Positions 35,001 through 45,118 of a stretch of DNA of 64,000 bases are shown in pieces. Position numbers and translations under genes: made by a program. The first letter of the stretch is position 1. Each line of letters starts with the position of its first letter. The stretch lies in IMG/VR virus record IMGVR_UViG_3300030107_002332, one strand, 5' to 3'. The stretch comes from a virus. The notes beneath the pieces are model-generated. The model did not search any database, was not told the DNA's origin, and saw only the letters and a program-made list of their open reading frames with translations.

Positions 35001-38000
35001 ATAGAATTGTGTTCTTGGTTTCAAACGTGCAATATCTACTTCTAAATTTCTGGAACGAATCCAAGGAATAACAGTACTGGAAACAACACTATCACCCATA
35101 GAAGTACGTTCAATTCTTGGGATAACACGAGTTCTAATACCACTTCTTGTTTGTATTCTATTACTTTCAATAGTTTCAACTCTGTTAATACGACGCATAC
35201 CACGACCACCCCATACCTGAGGATGAGGTGAACGTCCTCTATCTTCTTCTAACCAATGTCGGTTATGAACAGTTCTTCCACTAATAGTAGTATCAGCACT
35301 CCAAACAGTTCTCCATGCTCTCCACTGAACAGGAGCAAAACCATTTTGGTCAACATTTAATTCAGAAGCAGTTGCTTCAAAATCACCTTCAATCTGCTGT
35401 ACTCTAGCTGGTAGTCTCTCTGTATCTACCCAGTCATCAGAAGATGGTAATAATGTAACACGTCCAATATAAGTGAACACGTTAAATGGGTTTACGTTCT
35501 CTACTCTTGAAGCATAAGGTTGATCAATAACTTTCTTCTCAACATAAGGAAGAGTTATTATCGGACCTGTCTGCTGATAGTTTGTAGATAATGTTGTATT
35601 AATTTGAAGAGGAATATTAGTTGTATAGTGACCTGGACGGCACTCACCTTCTTGGAAATCTACAGAAGCAGCAAAATCTTCATGGTCTGTAGCAGACTTT
35701 CCATGATCAGAGAAGTCATCTACAATGAAACCATTCTTAAGACGATCCTTACCAGAAGAATCAAGAACTTTAGTATTAAATGTATCAGTCTCAAGCATGT
35801 TGAGTGAAGTATAATATTCAACCTGATCTAATCTACGCTCAAGTTGACCAATATCCTTCATGGTATATCTCTTATGGTCTGAACGTACTATTGCAGCATC
35901 TAACTCAGGATCAAATCCATATGGTTTATGATTAATAACAGCAAGTAGCATACCATCAACTAAATCATCTGGTTCCTGAGGAGCTTCTTCAGACTTACCT
36001 TTAATGATCTGGAATTCACCATCTGGAGTAATAAAGCATTTATCAACTCTTGGTAGATACCAATCAAAGTCAGCACGGAAACTACTATTCAACTTAGGAA
36101 TATCAAAGATAGTAGCAATAGGACTTCCACCTGTAGTGAATACTCTTGATTTGAAATCAAATGTAGAACAGTTTACATAACCAGGAGATGCTACTGTACC
36201 AGTTCCACTAAAGAGATTCTTAGCACCTGGACGGAAATCTAAGTAATCTGCTAAGAACTTGAATTGATAGAAAGGAATATCTGCATATGGAGTATCTAAG
36301 TATGACTGACCACCAAAGTAATCACCAGTTGCAGAGTGTGTATAATAATCGAGAACAATTTTTAACTTTCTAATAGGAGTTGAAACACCTTTCTTACGAA
36401 CAATCTTAGATATGTCATACATGAATCCAGTTTGTCCAACTTCAAGGAAATAATTATCAGTTACAACCTTAGAACCTGCGACAATAGATCCTGCACTATC
36501 ATTGATGATTGCTGAAATTGCTGTACCACTACTATTAACACCAGTAATACTTTCACCAGCAACAAAACTACCTTCAATATAAACCAAACTTAATGTTAAA
36601 CTACCTGAAGCAAAGTCAACAACTTTTGCTCTTGCTTTAGATGTTTTACCTGTAACAATACTTCCTGTTGCAAAGAATGTAGGTTCTACAAGAACTACAG
36701 AAGGAATAACAGGATCATTATTATCATTAGATTCATATACAGCATGAAGTCTATAAGCATCAACAAGTCCTAATGAAAGATCTCTATCCTGAATTCTTGT
36801 ACCATAAAGATTAGAATATGTTAAACCATAATTCTGTTTGTCAAGATCTGCAGTAGTTTTATTAACTTTAAGAACAACCATCTGCTGACCAGATTTAGTC
36901 TTTCTTGCAGTAACGTTCTTAGAAATTGTTGCTGTTACTTTAATAGATGTTATATTTGTTAGATTTACAATCTGAATAGTAGTTCTATCAGCAGAAGTAA
37001 ATGTTGTATAACCTACGTTACCACTATTTGTAGTATCAATTAATATCTGATCACCTACAGGATGAGTAGAGTTTGTACCTGCAAGAACTGTAAATGTATA
37101 ATTTTCATCTGTAATAGATTCAAACTGTTCATTTGCTGGTAGAGTAATAGATACTGAATTTGATGCTACAGTCTGAGCATCGAATGTTCTTCTAACAACA
37201 GATGATTCATCAGAGATACTCTTAATATACTTCTTAGGCATTTCACTAAGAAGATCAGCATTCTGAACATCATTTAATTTTCCTCTATATCTAACAAGTG
37301 TTGTATAAGTACCTGCTGAAGGAGCAGCTGCACCAGCACCAGGAGTTACATTAACTGTTTGATTTAGATAATTGAATATAGCAGGTATACCAGTACCAGC
37401 AAGGTTTGATATAGTTACATAATCAACATCAACATACTGAGTTGCATTAAAGTAAATTCTATCACCAGGACGTAAGTCAAGTGCAAAGTTAGAGTTTAAA
37501 CCCGTAATCTTTTCAGAACCACCAGTAGCATCATAGGTGAATGTATCACCTTCTAATCTAATAATATCTTCTAATATAAGGTCAGCAGTAAATTCTGTAG
37601 CAGAAGTACTTTCATCTTTAGCAACAAACTGACGAGTATCAGAATACTTATACTCATGGAAATTAGCAATAGTATCTAAATTCTGCCCATCAAGAGTAAG
37701 CATTTCACCCTTTTCAAATGTTCCTTCTACTTGATAAAGAAGTAAATCTGTAGAGTTTGTAGTAGCATTAACAATATATCCTCTAGCTCCAGTATTAGCA
37801 CCAACTAATAATGAACCCTGTGAAATAGTCTCTGTACTTGATAGAGTCATCACAGTGAACATTTGAACATCAAAGATGTTTAATTTATATTGATCGTCTG
37901 CAGTACCAAACGTAGTGTCTGGATCTGCCATATGTTCAAATGCAGCAGTACGAGCATATCCTATAAGTTGTCCCTGTGCATCACCAGCAGTTACACTAAA

Positions 38001-39275
38001 GTTATCACGTAATTCTAAAGTCTGATATGAATTAGCAACAGTAGATCCAGATAGGTTTAAGAAACCATATACGTTACTAACTTTAGACCAATTACCCATT
38101 TCAAATGGGATAATAACGTTCTGTGCTGACTTTGTATCTCTTGGTTTTGCTAAGTCAACATAAGTTGGTGATAATGTTTTAACTCTATATCCTTTAACAT
38201 ATGCTGCACCTGCTCCAAATTCTACTGCATACTTAGTTTCCGAAGCTGTATCGCCCTGTGCTGTAGTACCACCAATATCATAAACACCATTGTTAAACCC
38301 ATCATCAAGGTTCTCTCTAAGGTTGATAGCAAAGTCTTTTACAACATAATCACCAGACTCTTCATAAGTTCTGATAGCAAGAGACTTTTCTAACTCATCA
38401 TATGCACTACGATCTAAAAGTTTCTCAACTTTACTTGCGTTAATTCTTAATAGCTCAATGAAGTTCTTATCAGCATCATCTGTAAGAAGTTTCTTAATAA
38501 GCTTGGTTGTTATTCTGAACCTGTGAGAACCAGGAGCAGCATAATTAGATGTTCCTGCAGCGTTATCATTGAGGCTAAGGTCATCTTCTGGGGTAATGAT
38601 GGATTCTTGTATGTCAAGTCCAACTCTATAGGAGGGGTTACTTCCATATTGATCAAGGAGAATATATTGATAAGGTACGTCTACAAAGAAACCTCTGATA
38701 TAGTATACACCAGTTTGCACGTATGCAACAGATCCAATTTGTAGAGCTGCGGTTGGAAGAAGTTGAGCAAATGGAGACCCAATTTCAATCAGTGTAGTAC
38801 CAAACGTAATGGCAGACGTGGTAACTAACTGTTCATTATTTGAAAATGTCTTTTGAGTATTTGCTGTACCACCAGACTCAGTATACTTAACATAAAGGGT
38901 AATATAACCTTTCTCTGAATCGGTAGATGAAATACTATATAATACTTTTGCTTTAACTCCTGAAGTCAAACCAGTAATAATTTTACCAGTTAACTGAGAA
39001 CGATACAATTCAATATCAGCACCCAAGAATGACTCTTGAAGCATGATACAATCAACGTTCAGGTCATATCCTATCTGACCAGGAATAACCATCGCACCAT
39101 CTTTAAATAAGTGCGAACCAATATTTTCAACCTGATTCTGTTGAATCGATTGTAGTGTTGTAAGTTCCCTTGCCTGTATCGGGAAGCCAGGTCTAAAAAG
39201 TACTCGATAAAAGTTCTTACTCTTATCAAAGTCGTCGTAATACGGGGTTACATTTAAGTTAGTATTTTGTGCCAT
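32058..39275 (-). CDS. VrlC-like (DUF4815-type) large baseplate structural protein (2405 aa)
   Basis: MAQNTNLNVTPYYDDFD..KNFYRVLFRPGFPIQARELTTLQS, RTYEESGDY, KRYTMKDIGQLERR, KNGFIVDDF, YDPLAQSF, YAGVLFKSQNASTWTADQ.EDLKF. Confidence 0.85.
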   Translation of the reverse strand: MAQNTNLNVTPYYDDFDKSKNFYRVLFRPGFPIQARELTTLQSIQQNQVENIGSHLFKDGAMVIPGQIGYDLNVDCIMLQESFLGADIELYRSQLTGKIITGLTSGVKAKVLYSISSTDSEKGYITLYVKYTESGGTANTQKTFSNNEQLVTTSAITFGTTLIEIGSPFAQLLPTAALQIGSVAYVQTGVYYIRGFFVDVPYQYILLDQYGSNPSYRVGLDIQESIITPEDDLSLNDNAAGTSNYAAPGSHRFRITTKLIKKLLTDDADKNFIELLRINASKVEKLLDRSAYDELEKSLAIRTYEESGDYVVKDFAINLRENLDDGFNNGVYDIGGTTAQGDTASETKYAVEFGAGAAYVKGYRVKTLSPTYVDLAKPRDTKSAQNVIIPFEMGNWSKVSNVYGFLNLSGSTVANSYQTLELRDNFSVTAGDAQGQLIGYARTAAFEHMADPDTTFGTADDQYKLNIFDVQMFTVMTLSSTETISQGSLLVGANTGARGYIVNATTNSTDLLLYQVEGTFEKGEMLTLDGQNLDTIANFHEYKYSDTRQFVAKDESTSATEFTADLILEDIIRLEGDTFTYDATGGSEKITGLNSNFALDLRPGDRIYFNATQYVDVDYVTISNLAGTGIPAIFNYLNQTVNVTPGAGAAAPSAGTYTTLVRYRGKLNDVQNADLLSEMPKKYIKSISDESSVVRRTFDAQTVASNSVSITLPANEQFESITDENYTFTVLAGTNSTHPVGDQILIDTTNSGNVGYTTFTSADRTTIQIVNLTNITSIKVTATISKNVTARKTKSGQQMVVLKVNKTTADLDKQNYGLTYSNLYGTRIQDRDLSLGLVDAYRLHAVYESNDNNDPVIPSVVLVEPTFFATGSIVTGKTSKARAKVVDFASGSLTLSLVYIEGSFVAGESITGVNSSGTAISAIINDSAGSIVAGSKVVTDNYFLEVGQTGFMYDISKIVRKKGVSTPIRKLKIVLDYYTHSATGDYFGGQSYLDTPYADIPFYQFKFLADYLDFRPGAKNLFSGTGTVASPGYVNCSTFDFKSRVFTTGGSPIATIFDIPKLNSSFRADFDWYLPRVDKCFITPDGEFQIIKGKSEEAPQEPDDLVDGMLLAVINHKPYGFDPELDAAIVRSDHKRYTMKDIGQLERRLDQVEYYTSLNMLETDTFNTKVLDSSGKDRLKNGFIVDDFSDHGKSATDHEDFAASVDFQEGECRPGHYTTNIPLQINTTLSTNYQQTGPIITLPYVEKKVIDQPYASRVENVNPFNVFTYIGRVTLLPSSDDWVDTERLPARVQQIEGDFEATASELNVDQNGFAPVQWRAWRTVWSADTTISGRTVHNRHWLEEDRGRSPHPQVWGGRGMRRINRVETIESNRIQTRSGIRTRVIPRIERTSMGDSVVSSTVIPWIRSRNLEVDIARLKPRTQFYTFFDGRKVDVYVSPKLIELIKDPTVDTRTNSTPFVVGETVTGLTSGLKFKVANPNDFYQFSPYDDSTLPSSYASTTEYLNIDTDALAKQAVGQYYGNMQVGEVLEGTSGAKAVVKDRRLISDRFGKMKASFFIPRPGVDTNPRWRTGTRTLRFTTSDVDSRVGGVVASSAEAEYESNGTLNRVRENILAVRNAEVVRDTVSETVTVRTTRTETRQIGWYDPLAQSFILDEKGGVFLTSVDVYFNTKDTNIPVSMQIRTMENGYPTKSILPFSDVTIEPTNIQISETGSVATKFTFQAPVYIPQSIEHCFVLLSDSNEYQVWISRMGELDITGDRTISDQPYAGVLFKSQNASTWTADQFEDLKFAINRADFTTTGTSTVVLNNAKLDIGNGGVLNLRNDAIETVVPSIDLLMNTALTYTVGSRVYQKTTLAEGTIRKITTGAGGAALLTVDDISGTFAQGSATGGVITNRLVSSKTLATMVVSGASGDFTVGETITGSTSAAPTAEVVTWVSGTNTLTLKYVSTNFTATSETITGGLSSVTATVASITYSGDATAGGTPTIQDAYPQSTPTFAAANRKIRISHSNHCMHSTSNNVTLSGVISEVSDTYLTAAISASDTSIAVNDASAFHKVINGVAIGSTNVGYIMIDNEIMSYSAISNDNKTITVHERGLNGTTGVSHVDESVVKCYNLDGIPLTEINKIHTAIQNPTLDSYELVTTSIGRLGIRAGGSNIFATQNIQYETLVPQIERMLLPQTEITARANVISGTSIGDGSSVTEASFANDGVFSDIILSEDNQFAAPALICSEINESSELSGAKSFRMDLQLKSLEPNISPVIDTDRLSAILVTNRINSPTATDSALKSVGDEHDAVYITRVANLANPSGSIKLMFAGYRPPNTTIKVLYRVRPVGSSSSIDTYGFSYFPTTGATIPATTDRKIYYDYEYEASGLNFDQYQIKILFVSSNQAYVPIIKDLRAIALAV

Positions 39276-39279
39276 TCGT

Positions 39280-40812
39280 TTAGAACTCGATTACGATTTT
39301 AATGTCTTCTACTTGGTCGTTTGCACGACTAATGGATCTCCTATTATCTATGTAAACAACCTGACCGCTATTTGATTCGATCTCAGGTTTTGCATATCCA
39401 TTATTAAATTTCATACCCAAGTCATACTCTGTGTTGTTAATAGTTCTTGAAGAAGAATTAGGAACAGCAGGGAAGTTAACATCAGGAGCACCAGCAGCAC
39501 CAGAAGTAGCACCACTAATAACATTAGAACCATCGAATTCATTCTGTGTACCAGTAACTTCAGGGAAGATACCGTCTACAGCATTCTGATAGTATTTCAA
39601 AAGCTTTGTAGTTGCGTTCCATGATATAACACGAGCACGAGCAGTAACGTTAGTACCACCAACAACTCTTGTTTGTGTTATGATTTCATCAGGAACATAG
39701 TTACCTTGGAAGGTAGGAGCAAATATAACTGCCTTACAAGCAGAAACTGTTAGGTCTGATATAAGTTCAGCAGTACCATACTTAAGTGGGTTTGTAATTA
39801 ACCCAATTCTTCTGTAGTCATTATCTACAGGGAAGTCACCTGCACCCTCATCATATGAGAGTTTAGCATTAATCATTGTTCGGAAAGCACCGACTTCAAC
39901 AACTGAATCATATCCATGTCCATTTGGAGGAGGAATGATTACATCAACTTGTCCACCAGTACCAGTACCGATACCAGTTATGTTGTCTACACTGATTTTA
40001 CCGAATGTATATCCAGTACCACCAGATGTTACAGTTGCAGAGATGATTTTACCACCATCAACGACAATACTAACGCGACCTCCAGTACCATCACCATTAA
40101 TAGCGACGTTATCGTACGTTCCATTGTTGTATCCTGCTCCAGCAGCGTTAATTACTACAGTATCAACTTCTCCAGAAACAGCATTCGTCTTTACGGCTGC
40201 GTTAGTGAAGACGGGCATATAATCATTAGAGAAGAATTTAAGGACGGAAGCAACGGGGATGGTGTACATATACTTCCAACGATATCCATCACCAGTAGTG
40301 ACAATGGAAGTAGAAGTACCAGTAGGCTCAACTGTAGAAGGTTTACCATTAGGATCAGACGGTGAAGTGCCATTATAGATGCACTTATATACCTGATACT
40401 GAGAGTTTACAACATAAAAGTCAGAGTCATATAGTTTAGTAGCACCTGAGGCAGCAGTTTTACTTGGAGAATAGTCATGACGATACATGTCATAGGTGAA
40501 ACCTAATCCACCAGTAGTTTGTTCTGGGGAAACCCAGTCAATTCTACGAACAACCTGTACGGTATCAGAAGCAAGGACTCTCTTCAAAGATACCATATCA
40601 TCATAAGAACCCGAAAATTCGGAGAATGAATCTACTGCCTGTGGAGGCGAGTTTTCATTATCCCAAGATTGCGGTCTTCCGATAAACAGATACACCCTAT
40701 CACGATTGGCACCAGCAGCCGTATCGGATTGAGTCGCATCTGGACCTTCAAGTGCCTTAATGAATTTTTGCGCTGAAAAAATTCTAAATTGATCTGTTAA
40801 TAGAGCTGCCAT
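39280..40812 (-). CDS. g8: Baseplate wedge subunit gp8
   Basis: YLFIGRPQSW, YDMYRHDYS, YVVNSQYQVYKCIYNG, EPTG, DGYRWKYMYTI, NDYRRIGLI.NP, YIDNRR.I.R..DQ.EDIKIVIEF. Confidence 0.95.
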   Translation of the reverse strand: MAALLTDQFRIFSAQKFIKALEGPDATQSDTAAGANRDRVYLFIGRPQSWDNENSPPQAVDSFSEFSGSYDDMVSLKRVLASDTVQVVRRIDWVSPEQTTGGLGFTYDMYRHDYSPSKTAASGATKLYDSDFYVVNSQYQVYKCIYNGTSPSDPNGKPSTVEPTGTSTSIVTTGDGYRWKYMYTIPVASVLKFFSNDYMPVFTNAAVKTNAVSGEVDTVVINAAGAGYNNGTYDNVAINGDGTGGRVSIVVDGGKIISATVTSGGTGYTFGKISVDNITGIGTGTGGQVDVIIPPPNGHGYDSVVEVGAFRTMINAKLSYDEGAGDFPVDNDYRRIGLITNPLKYGTAELISDLTVSACKAVIFAPTFQGNYVPDEIITQTRVVGGTNVTARARVISWNATTKLLKYYQNAVDGIFPEVTGTQNEFDGSNVISGATSGAAGAPDVNFPAVPNSSSRTINNTEYDLGMKFNNGYAKPEIESNSGQVVYIDNRRSISRANDQVEDIKIVIEF

Positions 40813-40838
40813 GTCCTAGTGACTATTGTCCTCTTGTT

Positions 40839-40845
40839 TATTTAT
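40839..40845 (-). promoter_or_regulatory. Putative late promoter (ATAAATA) for g8 and downstream genes
   Basis: Intergenic, 27 nt upstream of the g8 ATG. Confidence 0.65.
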
Positions 40846-40850
40846 GATGG

Positions 40851-43800
40851 TTACGAACGAACAGTTGTCTGATATTCAATTCGTTTGATTCTATATGATG
40901 CTCCAGCATTACCATTAATCTTTTCTCCACCCAAAACTGCTTGTGCTATAGCACCATTTGGAGTTGAAGCAAACTTACCATCAGAGATATTATTAGATGC
41001 ATCTGTGAAAAGAATGAATGGATGGGTCTTGTATGAGTTATCGATTGATTGCGTATACCCATACCCACCATTAATAATATTGATAGAAGCAACTTGGTCT
41101 GCTGCAGTTGTCATATTGACGGTTGCAGTTGCTTGTATATCTCCTAATGCACCACCCCAGTTAATAGTCTCACTATTTCTACTTTCGGTAGCAGGAGAAG
41201 TCGGACCCTGAATCTCTAATAATGGAGTAGCACTATAGTTCTGTCCAGCATCCTGAATAACAAAGTCAATGATTGATGAATCATGAGAGAATTCATAAAG
41301 ATAACCAGCAATACCAACATTAATATTGCCTGTATTATATGGAACAATATCCTTAAGTGTAAGAATACCATTTGAAGGATCCCATGATACACATGTTCCT
41401 CTAACTCCAGAAATAGCACCAGTTACTAGTTCATCAACACCGAAGTTCTGACCATTATTGTCTGTACTCAATTCAACATATATCTTAACAAGTGCTGTAT
41501 GGTCTACACCATCACTTAGACCACCTGCACCTGTAATAGTTGCATACTTAAATGGTATATCTGCGTCTTTAATATTGTCTCCAACTTGGAAGAGAGTAGT
41601 ATTTTGACCACCAAGGGTTTCTTCAATACCATATAATGATGTATGAATACCACCATCAAGACTAATTTGATTGAGGAAATCTGTACCTGTATTTACCAGA
41701 TCAGGAATACCATCTCCAACTGGTGGACCTGCAGGTATAAGATCTTGGAATGCTTTATCTTGTAAAGTTGAAATAGGAACTGTTAAAGTTGTAATTACAC
41801 TTCCAGTAGAATCAACAACTACGTGAGGATTAAATCCTGATGGAGCACTATCTGCAACACCAGCATCAAATTGTACAATAGCATCCTCAGTAGAAGGAAG
41901 ACCACCATCAATAAATGCTAATTCATCAATTTCAAATGTAACTAATAGTGCTCTTGAAACTGGATCCCAATCATATACTTTAGCAACTTTATTACTAGAG
42001 TTTTCAACCTTTCTAATAACTCTGTCACCAACATTAAACTTATAATTTGAACTACCATCTGCATTATTCTGTCCAGCATCAAGAACAATACGCTGATCAT
42101 AGTTAAAGTTTACACCTCTTGTTAAACCTGAGAACTTACCAGCAGATTTAGAAGTATAAGAAATAGTTTCTGTATCTACAATAATCTTACCTGAACCTGG
42201 ATATGCGTCTGTAGAATCAACAAACACATCTGAATCAGATGCACCAAGTTTTTTAACTAATCCAGTTAAGTAGATTGCAGAAGAGTTAAATGCCTGTCTT
42301 GCTCTTGACTTACGCTTAAGATTAACAAGTTTAGTGAATATTATATTTGGTGAAGATGTATATCCAGTACCAGGTTCAATAACATTAATACCAGTTATAG
42401 CACCTTGACTAATAGTTGCCTCTGCCTTAGCACCTAATCCTCCTCCACCAGTAATTAAAATATATGGTGCCTCTTGATAGTATTCACCAGAATTTACAAC
42501 ACTAATTGATGTAACCTTACCAAGTTTATCAATAGTAGCTGCACCTTCAGCACCTTGTCCACCACCACCTTCAAATATAAGAGTTGGTGGAGTTGCATAA
42601 TCTCTACCAGTATTGTTTAGTGATAAACCAGTAACTGTTTGTACAACTGGACTACCAGTTGCACCAGTTCCACCACCACCTAAAATTCTTGCAGTAGCAG
42701 CACCAAAATAATTATCACCCTTTTGGGTCATCTTAATATAAGAAAGTTGACCAGGATTATCTGTACTTAATACAATCTCACCCTCAGCACCTTCTGGGAA
42801 TACTGATGGCATTTGTGGTACTGAACTGCCTTCAAATATAGGAGCACCATAGAATTTTAAACCAATAGCATAAGGATATACAGGATTACCTGAACCATCC
42901 TCTGTCATAAAGTAAGCATAAGTTCCATTTGGATACTCAGGAGTTACAGCAAACTTACCATTATACTCATCAAGAGTACCAACACCAGAAGCCCAAATAT
43001 AATCTTGTGTTAAATCTCCAAGAATATAACCACCCTGAACAGTTCTTAATCCTAAATTAGATGTTGAATATCCAAAAACATATAGAGCAGGAGGAGCATC
43101 TACAGGAACTGTCCACCTCATCTCTCTGGTAGTTGCCAACTGGAAACCACTTATATAATTTGTATATGTTACTTCAGAACCATTAATATAATACTTAATT
43201 CCTTGACCTGTATAAAGATATGATGTATCTCCTAAATCGCTTGGATTACCAGTAGAGTGCCAACCATTTTCTGTAGTAGAGAGTAATAGATGGTTTACAC
43301 TTGGTTGATCATCATTACTTGAATCATTCTGTTGGAAGACATAAGTCTTTCCTCGTTTAAAATCTAAGAAGTTTGGTCTTGCACCATCAAATAAGAATTG
43401 TCCACCTGATACTGTAACAGCATAAGTGACTGTTGTTGCAGTAGTTACTTCAGGACGAGCACCTGGAAGTTCTGCAGTAGTTCTTAATCTATATCCAGAT
43501 ACCTCTCTAGCAACAGTACCAGAAGAATTATATCCCCAAGGTCCATAAATTGGATATCCATCATAGGACATACCCAATATCTTAGAGTGACCATCTACAT
43601 GCCTTCCATAATCAGGACCAGTAGCAAAGAAGTTTCTAACATAATAATCATTAGCTGGTGTATGAGACTCAACAGTAGGATCCAGAATCATATAACCTTC
43701 ATCACCTTCATGCCCAGACATATATCGATGATTTTTACAATAATAATAAATTTTATTAGTCTCATCCGCATTCATTAAGAATAGCGGTTGTAACTCAGTT

Positions 43801-45113
43801 TCATAATCTACAGCAGGTGCTGCACTTGAACCTGTACTATTGTAATATAATGCTCCATTATTCAATAAACCATCTTGTGTAGTACTGAATTGCATTGGAT
43901 GTCCATCAGTATGATGTGATCCAGGAGAGTTAGTAGGATCTGATTGATCCCATATAATTAAATAATTTCTTTGAACTTTAATATTTTCTGGAGAGAAATA
44001 ATATTGACCTGGAACAAATGCACCAAATTCTGCAGCATCAGCACCAAAATCAATATAAAATATTCCGTTAACAAAGTTATATGGAACAGCATTAACTGTA
44101 AATGAGAATCCTGTAGACCCTAAGAACTTATCATTTTCAGCAAAATCTCCACTTGTTTCTCTTAAATATATTCTTGTTACTTGATTTGTATTATCTCTTA
44201 CTACCTTAGCAATAGTACCCTGAGCATTACCACCAATTTCATCTACAACTCTTCCAACTTCTACATTACCTAAAGTCTCATCAACTTGATTAACTGTCAG
44301 CATTATATTATCAAATTCTACCTTAATCTTCCAAACAAATTGTTGTATATCACCCCATCCAAATACTCCATTCGTTAAAGCAAATTGATCAATAGTTTTA
44401 CTTGATTGGTAATATTGAATATTACTATCAGTAATGGTATCATAAGTATCTGTATTTTTTATATAATCATACTTAACAGTATCAATAGAAAATCCTACTG
44501 GAGCATTACTAATAGAACCCCATTCTGGAGTGTGTAGTAATCCACCATTTGCTAATACACCAGTTACCTTATTTGTCTGTTCTTCTCTTGCTGCAGGATT
44601 AGGTACGTCTTTACCACCCCTGTAAATAAATGTTTGATTGAAATTTCTATCAACTAAAGGACCACCACCAGGAACTCTTTCTGCTGCAATTGGAGTTGGT
44701 CTTGGATGATTATCCGATGTAATAGTAAGTCTGTCTGTCTTCTTATTATCACTATTAAGAGTAAAAACTCCAGCAGTAGGAGAGTTTGGATGAGTCTGCC
44801 AAATTCTATTAACATCAAAAGATGTTACAACATTAGGAGTTTCATCCTGAGGAACAATTTGTAATCTTAAAGGATCATATCCTCTACCTCGATTTAAAAC
44901 CCTAACATGAATAATCTGACCTGAGTCATCATCAATAATAGGATATAATAATGCTTCAACATCTGGTGTACCACATCCCTGTATAGTCAAACGAGGAGGA
45001 TCATCCGATGTATAAAGACTACCACCGTTAACTACTTTGACCGCACGAACTCCAAATATTTCATCAAAAATAGGTTCAATGACGGCACCAGAACCAGGAA
45101 CTGTTCTTGCCAT
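40851..45113 (-). CDS. Large baseplate wedge-associated protein (1420 aa; often labelled gp7-like in cyanomyoviruses) with YHYH-like and cupredoxin-like inserts
   Basis: Directly upstream of g8; HSKILG.SYDGYPIYGP.GY and LDEYNG.F.VTPEYPNGTYAYF (YHYH-type); repeated I.V..PG.GY modules. Confidence 0.7.
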   Translation of the reverse strand: MARTVPGSGAVIEPIFDEIFGVRAVKVVNGGSLYTSDDPPRLTIQGCGTPDVEALLYPIIDDDSGQIIHVRVLNRGRGYDPLRLQIVPQDETPNVVTSFDVNRIWQTHPNSPTAGVFTLNSDNKKTDRLTITSDNHPRPTPIAAERVPGGGPLVDRNFNQTFIYRGGKDVPNPAAREEQTNKVTGVLANGGLLHTPEWGSISNAPVGFSIDTVKYDYIKNTDTYDTITDSNIQYYQSSKTIDQFALTNGVFGWGDIQQFVWKIKVEFDNIMLTVNQVDETLGNVEVGRVVDEIGGNAQGTIAKVVRDNTNQVTRIYLRETSGDFAENDKFLGSTGFSFTVNAVPYNFVNGIFYIDFGADAAEFGAFVPGQYYFSPENIKVQRNYLIIWDQSDPTNSPGSHHTDGHPMQFSTTQDGLLNNGALYYNSTGSSAAPAVDYETELQPLFLMNADETNKIYYYCKNHRYMSGHEGDEGYMILDPTVESHTPANDYYVRNFFATGPDYGRHVDGHSKILGMSYDGYPIYGPWGYNSSGTVAREVSGYRLRTTAELPGARPEVTTATTVTYAVTVSGGQFLFDGARPNFLDFKRGKTYVFQQNDSSNDDQPSVNHLLLSTTENGWHSTGNPSDLGDTSYLYTGQGIKYYINGSEVTYTNYISGFQLATTREMRWTVPVDAPPALYVFGYSTSNLGLRTVQGGYILGDLTQDYIWASGVGTLDEYNGKFAVTPEYPNGTYAYFMTEDGSGNPVYPYAIGLKFYGAPIFEGSSVPQMPSVFPEGAEGEIVLSTDNPGQLSYIKMTQKGDNYFGAATARILGGGGTGATGSPVVQTVTGLSLNNTGRDYATPPTLIFEGGGGQGAEGAATIDKLGKVTSISVVNSGEYYQEAPYILITGGGGLGAKAEATISQGAITGINVIEPGTGYTSSPNIIFTKLVNLKRKSRARQAFNSSAIYLTGLVKKLGASDSDVFVDSTDAYPGSGKIIVDTETISYTSKSAGKFSGLTRGVNFNYDQRIVLDAGQNNADGSSNYKFNVGDRVIRKVENSSNKVAKVYDWDPVSRALLVTFEIDELAFIDGGLPSTEDAIVQFDAGVADSAPSGFNPHVVVDSTGSVITTLTVPISTLQDKAFQDLIPAGPPVGDGIPDLVNTGTDFLNQISLDGGIHTSLYGIEETLGGQNTTLFQVGDNIKDADIPFKYATITGAGGLSDGVDHTALVKIYVELSTDNNGQNFGVDELVTGAISGVRGTCVSWDPSNGILTLKDIVPYNTGNINVGIAGYLYEFSHDSSIIDFVIQDAGQNYSATPLLEIQGPTSPATESRNSETINWGGALGDIQATATVNMTTAADQVASINIINGGYGYTQSIDNSYKTHPFILFTDASNNISDGKFASTPNGAIAQAVLGGEKINGNAGASYRIKRIEYQTTVRS

Positions 45114-45118
45114 TTATA

